A stretch of 64,000 nt of DNA, taken from the NCBI GenBank assembly GCA_976226885.1, contig OZ320313.1, positions 115,630,001-115,694,000 of the forward strand, given 5' to 3'. The notes under the pieces were generated by a model that was not told where the DNA came from, made no database searches, and saw nothing but the letters and a program-made list of their open reading frames with translations. Both the position numbers and the translations under genes were made by a program. Below are positions 14,923 through 26,900 of the stretch, in pieces; position 1 is the first letter of the stretch; every line of letters begins with the position of its first letter. This stretch comes from Iphione sp. A-MEVVRFRX5 (lineage: Eukaryota).

Positions 14923-17900
14923 CTGTAATAGAGAAGGTGGGCGCTCTTCATTGAGTAGACCACACTATAGTGATATTGAGGAGACTTTGGAATATGCAAT
15001 GTGTTCTGAGCAAACACCACAAGTTTATGGCATTCTCGTTTGGCTGCAGTCCTATGAACAAATAATTCAACGTATGCGCCATCTCTGACATAACCTCCTG
15101 GAAAAAGACTTCTGTATTCAGTCTTCTCCATAAGCCGTAATGTATGGCACCATTGAAAAATGCGGATGAAAAGACCAATCTGCATCACATCAAGAAAGAA
15201 GTCCCGCGGACAGATGGCTGCGGCCAAATGGCGCATCACAATAACCTTGTGTGTCCTTGGCATAGGTTTTATTACTAATATGCCGGAAATACGCTGTGAT
15301 ATGAGTTATGTTCATTAAAAGCAGATCACTGTAACTTTGAGGTCGGTAGAAGATTGGACGTACATTTCAGCCCAATGATCATTATATGGTGAGATATGGC
15401 TGCACACCAGACACCCCCTCGAACTATAACGTGTTCACACAGGACCAAGTAATGTTCGTTTAGCTTTTTACTGACATATTCGTCTGATGACGTGTATATT
15501 TTGAAATACACCTAGCAGGATATAGAATTGTGTCCGTGATATTATTCGGGTATAAATAAGGACAGACTTATCTTACCTTGGCAACTGCTATATAAATTTC
15601 CTGCTCAGCAATTCGCCGCCCTAAAACAGACATTCGGAAACAAAATATATATTGATACCTTCAGACTTGACACGGTATCAATTCATGTCAGATAAAAAAG
15701 ACTAGAAAATATTACATAATATGATATATGTATTTTTTTTAGCGAAGACGTAATTCTTTCAAACTTTCGTCAAGAGCATTAGTTGTCAAGTTTTGAATCT
15801 TTCTAAAGTCGAGATGTATACTTCTACGCTGTATATGTACCATGTATATGTTACACCATTCCTACCTACCTATACACATCCTTGCACCATGACCCCAGGG
15901 CAGGTTAGTGAACGCTTTGATGGAGCTGTCTTCAGTTCCCCTCAACCATCGCTCGGGTCTGTACTCTTCAGGATCGTCAAATAGCTTCGGGTCGTGTCCC
16001 ATTCCATACAGATTAGCCTGTACGTGGGTCTAGAAGGGAAAATATTGGGACCAGTGTCTGTCAATTGTTACGAAGTTATTGCTAGAACTTTCATTAAATA
16101 CACATTTCTAATAACTGTAACTTGTGGATGTACTTATCTTTCTTATCAGAGCTGACTACAAAAGGTATAAACCTCTATATCAATTCCAAGGTTTTCTTAC
16201 TATCAAAGAGTCGAATGATAATGAATCGATTTCTTGAGACAAAGTCTTTATCCTACTTCAAAGGAACGTGTCCTCACATTATAAGTAAATTAGACACACA
16301 AATCTAGATGCATTCACTAAATCTTATTTTTATTATGACATTCATGTTCTTGCTCATCTGAGGTTATTGCCTCTCGAGATGAGTTCCTCCGAAGTAGCAT
16401 ATAAAGTCTTGATGACATGCTGCATGGCGGTCTGAGATAAGAATAAATAGATTGGAGTAAGTACTAGTCTCAATGGCGCATCCGGGAAGATTCGCCAGCG
16501 TCAAACGTGGAGAGACTTATGCCTTGTCCATATTGAAGTCCATGTATTATTACAAGTCAAAGTTCCGAATCAATGATTGGAATCTGAAGGACGCGCTGGA
16601 GGATTGCAAGGCGAAGTAACTAATGATAGAAGTGGCTGGTGGGTGCACCCATCTAAAGGTCAAGCAGCATTGACTATCAAATCGGGGGAAATGGTACCGA
16701 GGATGAAGAGGCGTGAAAATCCAATAGTTGGCTGCGGAGTATCGGATCTTATGCAACGCCTTCAAAAGTCGCACCAATGGGAAATCGACGGCCGATGACA
16801 GCGTTCCAGTTGCACGTGCACCCCGGACGTCTGCGCCTTCCATGTGACGGTTGCGCCCAAGCCTGCCTCGGCGGCGCGTCCGGATCACGGAAGCGTCAAT
16901 TGGTAGTCCCTCCATCGAGCTCTTCTCTGCTGATGCAAACATCGATGGCTGGCTGGCTGGTGAAGCGCCCACGATGGAAGCGTTGAAGGATCATAAAACT
17001 TCGTATGCCGGCTATGAACGAGCTGAGTTGCTCCGAAGGGCTCTTTGACACTTTGTCTTCCGACCATTTTAAACATGTCATCGAATTTTTTTCCCAAGTT
17101 TTATCAATAAGAATATGTTCGTAGATTACTACAGAATCAATACCATATATATGCGGTTTTGTATACATCCATACATACATTGTATATGATTTCAGTACAA
17201 AACGATTTATGTAACACAGTATTTGTTTGGGGCAAAACGTGAACAATGCGAACAATTGTCTGAATATATTCTGTGGCGAAGAGTATAGACAGCGAAACAT
17301 GAGAAGAATGATATGTCTTTGATGTAGGATGGATGGTCCAAAGAGACTGTAGAAAGTCGTACTTACTCCGGCAGGAACATGAAAGCCGCCCAACTCCAAG
17401 TCCTTGGCAATGATCCTGCTTGTGGCGAAGGTGATCGGGTAGAGCCTGAAGAGGAGAGGGTGAAGGAGGAGGACATATACACCAAGTCTGCATGAGTTCT
17501 TCTCAAGGTAGTTTGCGTTGATTAGTGCGAAATCTTCCGTATCGCCACTACTTTCTGTTGCTATATAACTGACACTATTTCTACCCAATACAACTTTGTA
17601 TATGCAGTCTTAATCTTTAATACTAATGCTGGTTTTAACATCAGGAGGGAAGAGAAAAAAATTAAATCTTTGTCAAATAGAGCAAGTATATTTCTAGCTA
17701 CTCAACGACCAAACTTCCGTATATTTGACCATAGCTGTTCCATTTCTTACCCATGCACTTATAATTCATGAGATTATCTCTTAAATCTATGACACTTTCA
17801 TACAAATGGGGACGACATTTTACAATGAAAATATCATCGAAGGTTTTCGACCATCTTTATATATACATGAACTTACTGGGAATTATCCCTGAGATAAGCT

Positions 17901-20900
17901 AAGTCAAGGGGTCAATTCTGATTTGAATAACTGGTAGCTTTTCAAGATATTGTTATTATACCAAATGCATTTACCAAGAAGCCAAACAAGCCTTCTTTCA
18001 GTAGGCACAATGAAGGCCTTCAAGTTTTGTAAATGGGACCATTGTGATTTAAAGTCAGAATAATTTCTGAAATAACTGGTACAGTGCTACCCATCTATGG
18101 TAATCTTGTTCAATGACTATTTGATTGTAAGCCTTCAGACTTTTCACTATAAGAAGTGGTTATTTTCAAACACTATTAAAATTTGTCTAACACTTTCATG
18201 TGCTAACATGTTAATAAAATCAACACTTATATATAGAAGTATATCTATTAACATGTTTACTGACTTCTGACACATTTTAAACAATTTAATGTTGTTTACA
18301 AGAAAAGGTAAACAATTCTCATATCTAAGATAAAAGGTTTAAGCAGCTTCTACAATCAGCACCCCTTTATTGAAAGTATTGATAATCTAATATTCCTATT
18401 TAGTCCCCTACATTGACATGTGTATGACCGAATTTTTACCGTGTTCCTTTTACCCACCTGAAGGTTTCTTTAAGACAGGCTTTAAGATAAGGTAGCCGAG
18501 CCAGTTGGCTGGCCGTAATCGCCTCCCTCCCGGGCAGTACCTCAGAGAGTTCTGCATGTAGAGTATCTTGGACGGCAGGGGCTTGAGCCAGACACAGTAA
18601 AGTCCATAAAGTGGCGTTTGACGTCTAAGGAGATAATATAATTATAGATGTGAATACTACGTTGAGCGAATAAATGTGCCAACCATGGAAACACGAGTAG
18701 ATGTATATATGCAGGGAGGATTTCCTCGGGTACAATCTGATAGCAGGTTGATGGCAGCATACTCTCTAAAAGGCATTATTATAACCGAAAAACGCTGGTT
18801 AAATGGGGCAGTTTGGAGGTCGATTGACTGGGAAAATATGAAGCGGTTGGAAAGATTGACTGGCATTACTATATTCCTGCCTTGGATGTCAAAACAGCTT
18901 AGACAGCCTTATTTAGTGGTCGGTTTATCGGCTTGAAGGGGTTGTTCCGTGGCTGAATTTGATCACGGAGCGAGAGTGATCATAGTCGAAAGAGAGATCA
19001 CGTAAATACAGAAACCTGAGTATGTCTGGGGAGTTGAGGAACGGCTTGACTTACCGTCTCTACCCCACCCGTCATCATGTCTATGGCGTGGGAGTTGACC
19101 TCCTCGGGGCTGAGAGATTCTTGGGTCAGCAGGTAGGTCAGCATGGCCTCGTAGTCACCGCCATCACCAGCGGATCGCAAGGCTTCCACCCGCTGAGGGA
19201 CCAGTCATTACGAAGGTAAAGTGCGTCAGAATGGAAATTAATATCGGTCGGGGCGACAGAGAAGAACAAGGCGTAATGATTACTTGGCAAGGGCCATAGA
19301 AAGTACAAAAGACAACTTCCGACAGCAATATGCTAAAATATAACACGTGTAATGAATTATCTAAAATAGCAGGTGTGAAGAGGCATAATCCGGTTCAATA
19401 TCCAATGAAAGGGGAATTAAAATACCCGTCTCGGATGGCAATTACAAACCCAAACTGCGCATTCGCCGTATTGAGGCAAGCCACTCTCTCAACCAGAATA
19501 ACCAGATCCCCTCTTTAAAGCGGTATGGGTTAATTTCTTTGCTTCATACAAACTATGATTACGTAATTGAATAAGGGACACTTAATGGATTTTGATTGTA
19601 TCAAAATTATATAATTCCGAAGAACATTTAGCACAAAGGCATAAATATAAAGATGATAAAACACAATAATGAAGGTAAAGGAAATGCTTTCCATTTTCCA
19701 CAGAAAACCACATGAACCGCACAAGACTATTGTTCTTCAATACAGACTGGGTTGATGTGATAATTCAGACTGGAAAGGCCCAGCACTATCGTGGTACATG
19801 TGCAAAAACAATGACCATTTAAGTTTGAAGTATTGTAAAGTATCGCACGAATGACCAAGGCAGTGTACACGTATTACTCACATCGCATTAGCGATATCCA
19901 TGATTATTCATTAGACCTGTAGCCTTTCCATACGAAGGCAACCCCTGGTGATTTGAGATGATACAAGCTCCTATGCATCAGCTTTTGAGGTATACCTTCC
20001 TTTATATCCCAAAGATATAATTCCTTTCGTAAAAAATGATGATTTGAGCTAGCTAGCAAAGTGAAATACCATGCACTGCCTTGCCAATTACGAATGCTGG
20101 AACCATCGGCAACACATTTGTCAACCGTTTTATGAATGAATTTCCATAAATGAACAAAGAATATCACTTAGATAAAAATGTATTGATTATGCACTTAGAA
20201 GGACGAAAAAGAACAAAGCAAGAGTACTTTTTACTTTGCCCTTGAAACAGCTTCAACTTACATTAAAAGGCTTGTTCCTTGCGTGTACATTTTAAAAGTA
20301 TAGTTATGTCTAAACCAATTCTTGGGCACTTTGACGTCAAACATCCGTGCAAGTTGTGCGTGTGCACTTGGAGAAGAACAATAATGTTTGATACTGCATC
20401 TCTCTCTCCTATAGCTCAAAGACATTAGTGGTGTGTATATAAGTGGTTTGTATACATGTATAACATTAGGAATAAACATCATACCGCTGCCGTGGTGATG
20501 CATGCTTGTCTCATATCTGATAGAAGCAGACATCAGCTATGCCGGCGCGTGTTATGGGCTTTTTACATCAGGGTAGTGGCTCCAGAGCTTCAATACTGTT
20601 CGTCTGGCTATTGCCCATTGCTACACTGTTGATCTTAGTAGCGATCAACGTCGTTCCAAAGTGGGAATCACGTACAGAACCGATCAGGAAAGCGGGGTAA
20701 GGCACAGGCGATACGCCCGCCCTAAGGAAACCCACCGACCACTTAGTCACTGTTCCTGAACTGGTCGATTTATCTGTTTTATCGAAAGATAAACCAGAGT
20801 ATGGTATTTCTGTCTTATCGTAAGATTGATCGGTGCATTCTCAACCAATAACTGTGAATTTATCAGTGTTATCAAATTGGTTTTCGCTGTGCAAGCAGAA

Positions 20901-23900
20901 CTCCAAAGGAAACTCCAAGGATGGAAATCAGACGAGAGCGCCTTAATATGGACAGGTCAAACTGTCACATATGGTTAACATTGTTGCGCCAATCATTAAA
21001 ATTAGTTCACTTAAGGGGGCGGTGAACGGGCAGCTCACATGATATAACAGTCTTTGACTGTCCGTCACAGCCAACTGTAGCCCATTAACAACAGGCTTCA
21101 CTCTAGGCGAGGAGCACATCAGCGGGTGATGGGAACCCGTCGTTAGAATGCCCTTGCTAATTTTCCTCTCAGCGTCTCGGTCACCTTACGACCTAATATC
21201 TCCGGAGACATGTTTAGGGCGTTACCTCCTGCCTTTGTGTTTTGGTAATGATGTCCGTTACGGAGCGAAGCCGCTGTGAACCCAAGGCCGTGATGACTGC
21301 GGGACTAGTCTTGAAGAGGGTGATTTTGATAATGTGAGCAAAACACGCCATCCATATTGTAGCTTATCGGGATAAAGGAATACAGGTAGCTCGTTTGTAC
21401 ACGCGGTACACTTCACGAACAGGCCTAGTCCATTAACTGCGATTGACCATCTTGGGAATTACACGTATACTGCTCGCGAGGGTTAATGGCATCCGATTCG
21501 CAAATATTTATCAATCGTTTGCTTACTAATGTACGGTATGACCCTTCATACATTAGCATGATTACTAACGGCACAGCTCACTGTGACACGCGGAACTATC
21601 AAGACTGTCAAGCCGGCATGAAAAGGGAATCGAAACAAGTATAGGCAGAACGGAGCATACCGGCGAAATGGAGAGTGGACGGAGAGACGTGTCGAAGGAA
21701 ACGCAGTATTACATGTTTAATGGGGGTTCCTTCAATACACGTAATCCTTGGTCATGATGAAAAGATGGCTTGCGGGTATCACTGTATGAAAACAAATGCC
21801 ACTGTTATGTTTATTAGGAGTAAGTGCAAATGCATTGGTGCATATCTTTGACCATAATATTGTTTGTAGAGTTACATAAGCTACATCTGTGTGTTTCTGA
21901 ATTTCGTCTGGAAAAAGCAATAGTTATGTTAGTGACCACTGGAAACTAGTTTGATCAGTGACACTACCAAGCAACAATAACTACTGCCAAGGAGACATGC
22001 AACAGGAAAATCTTTTTGCGTGCAAATAGAACGCACTAGGGAAACAAGACATATATACTCTAATGACATCTACTGGACCTAGACCGAATCACCCCCAACC
22101 ATACGTTCTCTGAACAGTGCCCCCCCCCCCCCTGTTCCCTTTCCACCCTAAGTGCCCCGTGGTGATAAAAGGACATCCTAGTCTGATGGGTCCCAGGCTG
22201 CCAAGCAAAGACATAGTTTGTATCTGTTACCGTAATAAAAGCCCTATATCTAGTAAGGTCGCTAATGGAAGTGGCTCCGACCATTAGGAAGTTTATTTCA
22301 GATGGAGGCGTCTATTTGCTGTTACTTGTAGCATTATTTTTGCAAAGGTTAGCATATTAGTGACGATGGCGCCAGAATAGTGCTGGAGAGCTTTAAAGCA
22401 TATATCCCGCGTGTATATTTAAAGAAGTACATTAATATAGAAAATGTTTCCTTGTGCAATGGAAGGGTTGCTGGTAAGCACTCTGCCCCTTTGCCTTGAT
22501 TGCTGTACCATCAGATGGGCTACGGAAACTATGAACACCTGTAATCTGAATCCTACAGACATGCCCCAACATATGTACACATTAAGGAAAACGACTCAAC
22601 AGCATACCGCTGTTCCCATGGTTTGATTTCTCAGTTCGTAACCGTTTGAGCTTTGAAAAGCACTCCGCAGGACAATACGCCCAAACCGAAAGAAGCTGTG
22701 TACATTTGTAGTAACGTGATCAGGCCTTATGCACGACTGTATGAGACAATGAAAGGGGAAACAGACCGAGAATCCCTTAAGCACGTCCTTAAATGTCCGT
22801 GCAGAGTATATTGCCCTTCACAGTTTTATTAGTCTACGTCGGAACTTTCTTCAATTACATGAGCATACAGGCGCAGCAAACACAGACGTTACATTTTCGC
22901 ATCGGACTATGACATGGAAAGTAGTTTGTTTTTATTGCCTGCCTATAGGTGCCATCTCCTTGACTACACCCGTTGGTGAACAAGGAAGAACACTTCCTTA
23001 AATTCTGATTGGATTCCATTGGATTCGCTCCTTATAGACTTGATCAAAGTCTCCTCTCTTTCAAGGGTCCTGTAGGTTCGTGCTATAGCTAGCTGCTGCT
23101 TCCAGAAGATAAAGGATTCTAGTCAGTGTCTACAACATGACCGTCACGGTTAACTACACATCCAAACGTCAAGGTCGTCCGCACATGTGAACGATTCTTC
23201 TGCTGCTAAATGGCGACTGACAGGTGAAACCAGCAGGTACTGATGCTCTTTTGGAGAAGAAATCAAACCCTTTGATCCAATCCTTTTTAAAAGACAGCTC
23301 TTGTTATATTAGGCCAGACCATCGTACGTATGAAACGCATTGAATTTGTGAGGTATGTGCTACCTATTGTAAATCGAAGAGTACAAGAAGCATAGACGCT
23401 TAGTTCTATATTTGGACATGGCATTCAAAGTATGAAAAGCACTGAACTTGTGAAGTAAGTACCATTCCGTTTTGAGCAAACAGTGGACGTAAACCGCCTC
23501 GAGTTTATATTTATCTCACCTTGTCGACAAACTTTTGACCTATGCGCAGTAATTCGTCAGCATGACGGCGGTACCGCCGCCAGGTCGGCGTCGGGAACAG
23601 CTTGTAGACGGGAACGTTGTACATGAGTGGCTGTAGCAAGTTAAAGAAGCCGATCAAGTGCTGGAGGTAGGCCTTGGTGTCAGCGTCCGGTGGCTCCTGC
23701 AGGCAGCCAATGCGGTCTTCGAAGAGCACCATTCCGATGGCTGGAGTGACAATGTTTGGTCGAGTGAGACATTACCGCGATGGACATGCACTGTCATTGA
23801 GACAGGAAATCGAGTTCAAGATTCAAGAGTACACGTATTTCTGTCTTTCTGTAATATTATTAATCCACTCTCAATAACTTTATGCAGTATAAATCCAGTG

Positions 23901-26900
23901 TAAGACCAACCCATGTAAGAGACTAAACGCGCATTTTCAAGGAGATGTACATTACTGCCAAGTACACGAAGAGATCAAAACTGGCCAGTTCTAAAAATTG
24001 TTCTATTTGAGGGGTAGTCTTGTGCATCGAAAGCGTTACCTTCAATGTGGCTGGATGCCTTGAAACTGTTTTAAAACCCCTAATAACAAGAATGAAAACC
24101 CCGTATGTCATCGTTACAGATAATATGATATACAATTATGCACTTGTATACATGTAGTCCCATTCCGACCACGTTCAACGGCTTCTAGTTTTATATATAT
24201 ATATGTTTGTATGTCCTCTACATGGAGTTTTGCCTGATTGGATAAGTGTAATATCATTTTCTCCACGCGTGTAGGGATAGCACTGGGGATTAACGGAATA
24301 TTTGTCAAGTGATTATGGACGTGGGTTGTGTATAGGTATTTGTGTGGCAACCACACGCTAGGTCTCCATCTCAAATATCTAATCCAATACATTTATTTGT
24401 TAATACCAGGGCTTATATGAAAAGAAACCACGTTTCGAGTTATTACAATTAGGATCAAAAGGCTGACCCTTGCCCAACATAACTTGACGGAGGGTCACTG
24501 GGGCGTGTGTTAATTTAAAATCCTCTTTCACAATATAGCTATTTGGTACATACATTCAAACGCCCATCGAAAGAATTGTAGTTCCATCTCCGGAACGGTG
24601 CCATCTTCATTTTGAAGGCGCTTGAGGTGTCGAATGAAGTCGTCGGCAACCTGAGCCATGGCGCCGAAGTAGGTAACCACTTCCTTAGGGCGGAGCATCT
24701 TTTTGTTGAGCGAGCTTCGATGGCGGTGCCACTCCTCGCCTTGCCTGCAACAAAATTCTGCTTCTAGTACTTGTGTTGGTCTATATTCTACAGTTTAAAT
24801 GCGTTTCTTCAGTACTGTGATAAGAATTAAAAGAAGACCTATCAAATAATATATAATTTTCACACATTAAGGAAATATTCATTGAGAATTCAATGAAAAA
24901 TGCGTTGAGTTATCACTGCTGTTTTGTTTACGGAATATAAGTTGTTGTTTTGTATTTAGAAATGTACAGAATGTTGTAGCATTACATTGTTAAATGAAGT
25001 TGATATTTAGAAATTGTATCCCTGGTATATTATATACATGTATACATAATTGTGTTGAGGTGCATACGTATATGAACGTCTGTATGTATGTCTGAATTTA
25101 ATGCAGTTGGAATGAGGATTTGCAAATATTATAGCATGGAAATACCTCTTTTATATGTTTTTATTCACTCTGGCAAAATGTATTCTAGTATGGTTTACGT
25201 GGTTTAGATTAAACGTGCTCTTGGAAAACTGATCGTATAACGAAATGAAATCATATAATACTTTTTTCTGAATTTATTGACAGGGTTGTTGCTTGTAAGT
25301 AGTGGATTTGGATCACATTTAGAAGATTCTCATGTCTTACGATCTAGTCATACGATACTGGGAAAACCCATGTCTGTCGTGGATGCCACCATTAGCGCGA
25401 GAAGAACAAAGCGTTGACTTTGAAGCCCATTTTGTTTTAATTTGAAGCATGTAAGATAGCCTAAATACCGAACAATTACTTTTCTTGGTCTCAAACATGA
25501 ATTCGACGGACACCATCTACGATAGCTTCAGATACATTGTTGTCTGGTAACGTACGAACTAACTGTGCCTAGGGTCAGTGAGCGGCTGCGGCGGTAGTAC
25601 GCTAGTGGCTCCATCTCCACGCGGTGGGGGTACTTGCCATCGACCCGGATGACCTTGGCATATTCCACCGGGTCAGACACAACGACTGCAGTTCGGTTAG
25701 CGATCTTCTCACGGTAAACAGGTCCATACTCCAGAGCGCGGTTTTGCATCGCCTTAACAGTAGTTAAAGGGTTTACACGAAAGGAACATTTTCTCATTTC
25801 AGAACTCCCTACCAACGTGAAGAAGCCGGCGTCAGCATTAGGGATTGTCCATTAAACATATTAAATCGCCATAGTTCTCAAATAGGGTTTGATGCAATTA
25901 CTTTCAAATAATAAAATCAATATTTTCCGTAAGCTATTTTGAACGACACTAACTCACATCTAGTAAGGTTCCTTCGCGACAGCATAAATTTTATATGAAA
26001 TATCACCCACTCATGTATACAAGTTGTGAAAAGCTGTATAAATAAACCATCCTTGTTAGGTTTTTGTTGTTCATTATCACCCTCATCTTCTAAAGGTTAA
26101 AGATTTATAAACATGCGACTATGTTGTTGGGAACTAAGAATAAGTTAGAGTTGCTTATTTCAAACAATTCCGATTTTTTCCTCTATCTTGGAAACGCACC
26201 TTGAACATCTTGTTGAAGCGGAAGCCATCCTTCTTCATGTAGTCCCACAGCGTCCCAACGATCATGTGACCCCTGGGGCCAGGCATGGCGTCGAAAGGTC
26301 TCAGTCGTTGCCGCTGGTCATTGGTAGGGCCTTCTGCTTGCCGCTCGATTAGAGGGCATTGCGCACCCTCTACCGGCTGTAGTAGAGAATGTGGAATAAT
26401 CCTTTTACTTACATTTAAGCCAGTCTTCCCTCTGTGCTGCCTACGTGGCGAGTCGTTTTAACGTGGATGTAGATATCTGAGATAAATTATTATCATTGAT
26501 ATTACTGTTTTGTGGTGTCCACAGTGTATATTAATCTATTGCACACGTTTTTAAAGTGAAACATCCTTGGAATCCACACATCACATAGGAAATGGTACTA
26601 CTTTAGTCTTTACTTAAGGGATAACTTCAACCATACACTAACATGTTGATTCCTCTTCTAAAAATGAAGCAGTGCATTGCGTCCTGGGTGAAACAATGAA
26701 CTAAACATCTCTTTAAGTGCATGCTATTTAACCACTGTAAGCTTTTTCTCGTGCAGTGTCAAGGGTCGGGATGTACATGTACACTGATTAGGTTTATTCG
26801 CTTCCCCTATGACTTTTCAAGCATGGCTTACGACGTAGTCTACCAAGGTATACATATATATGCATGTACAAATATGTATATAACACTCAACGTATGCCGG

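Noticed and set aside
16896-17588. 230-aa minus-strand ORF in the track
   Set aside because: Only 17367-17445 is real (CYP10 exon 8); the rest is intron read-through beyond clear splice sites.
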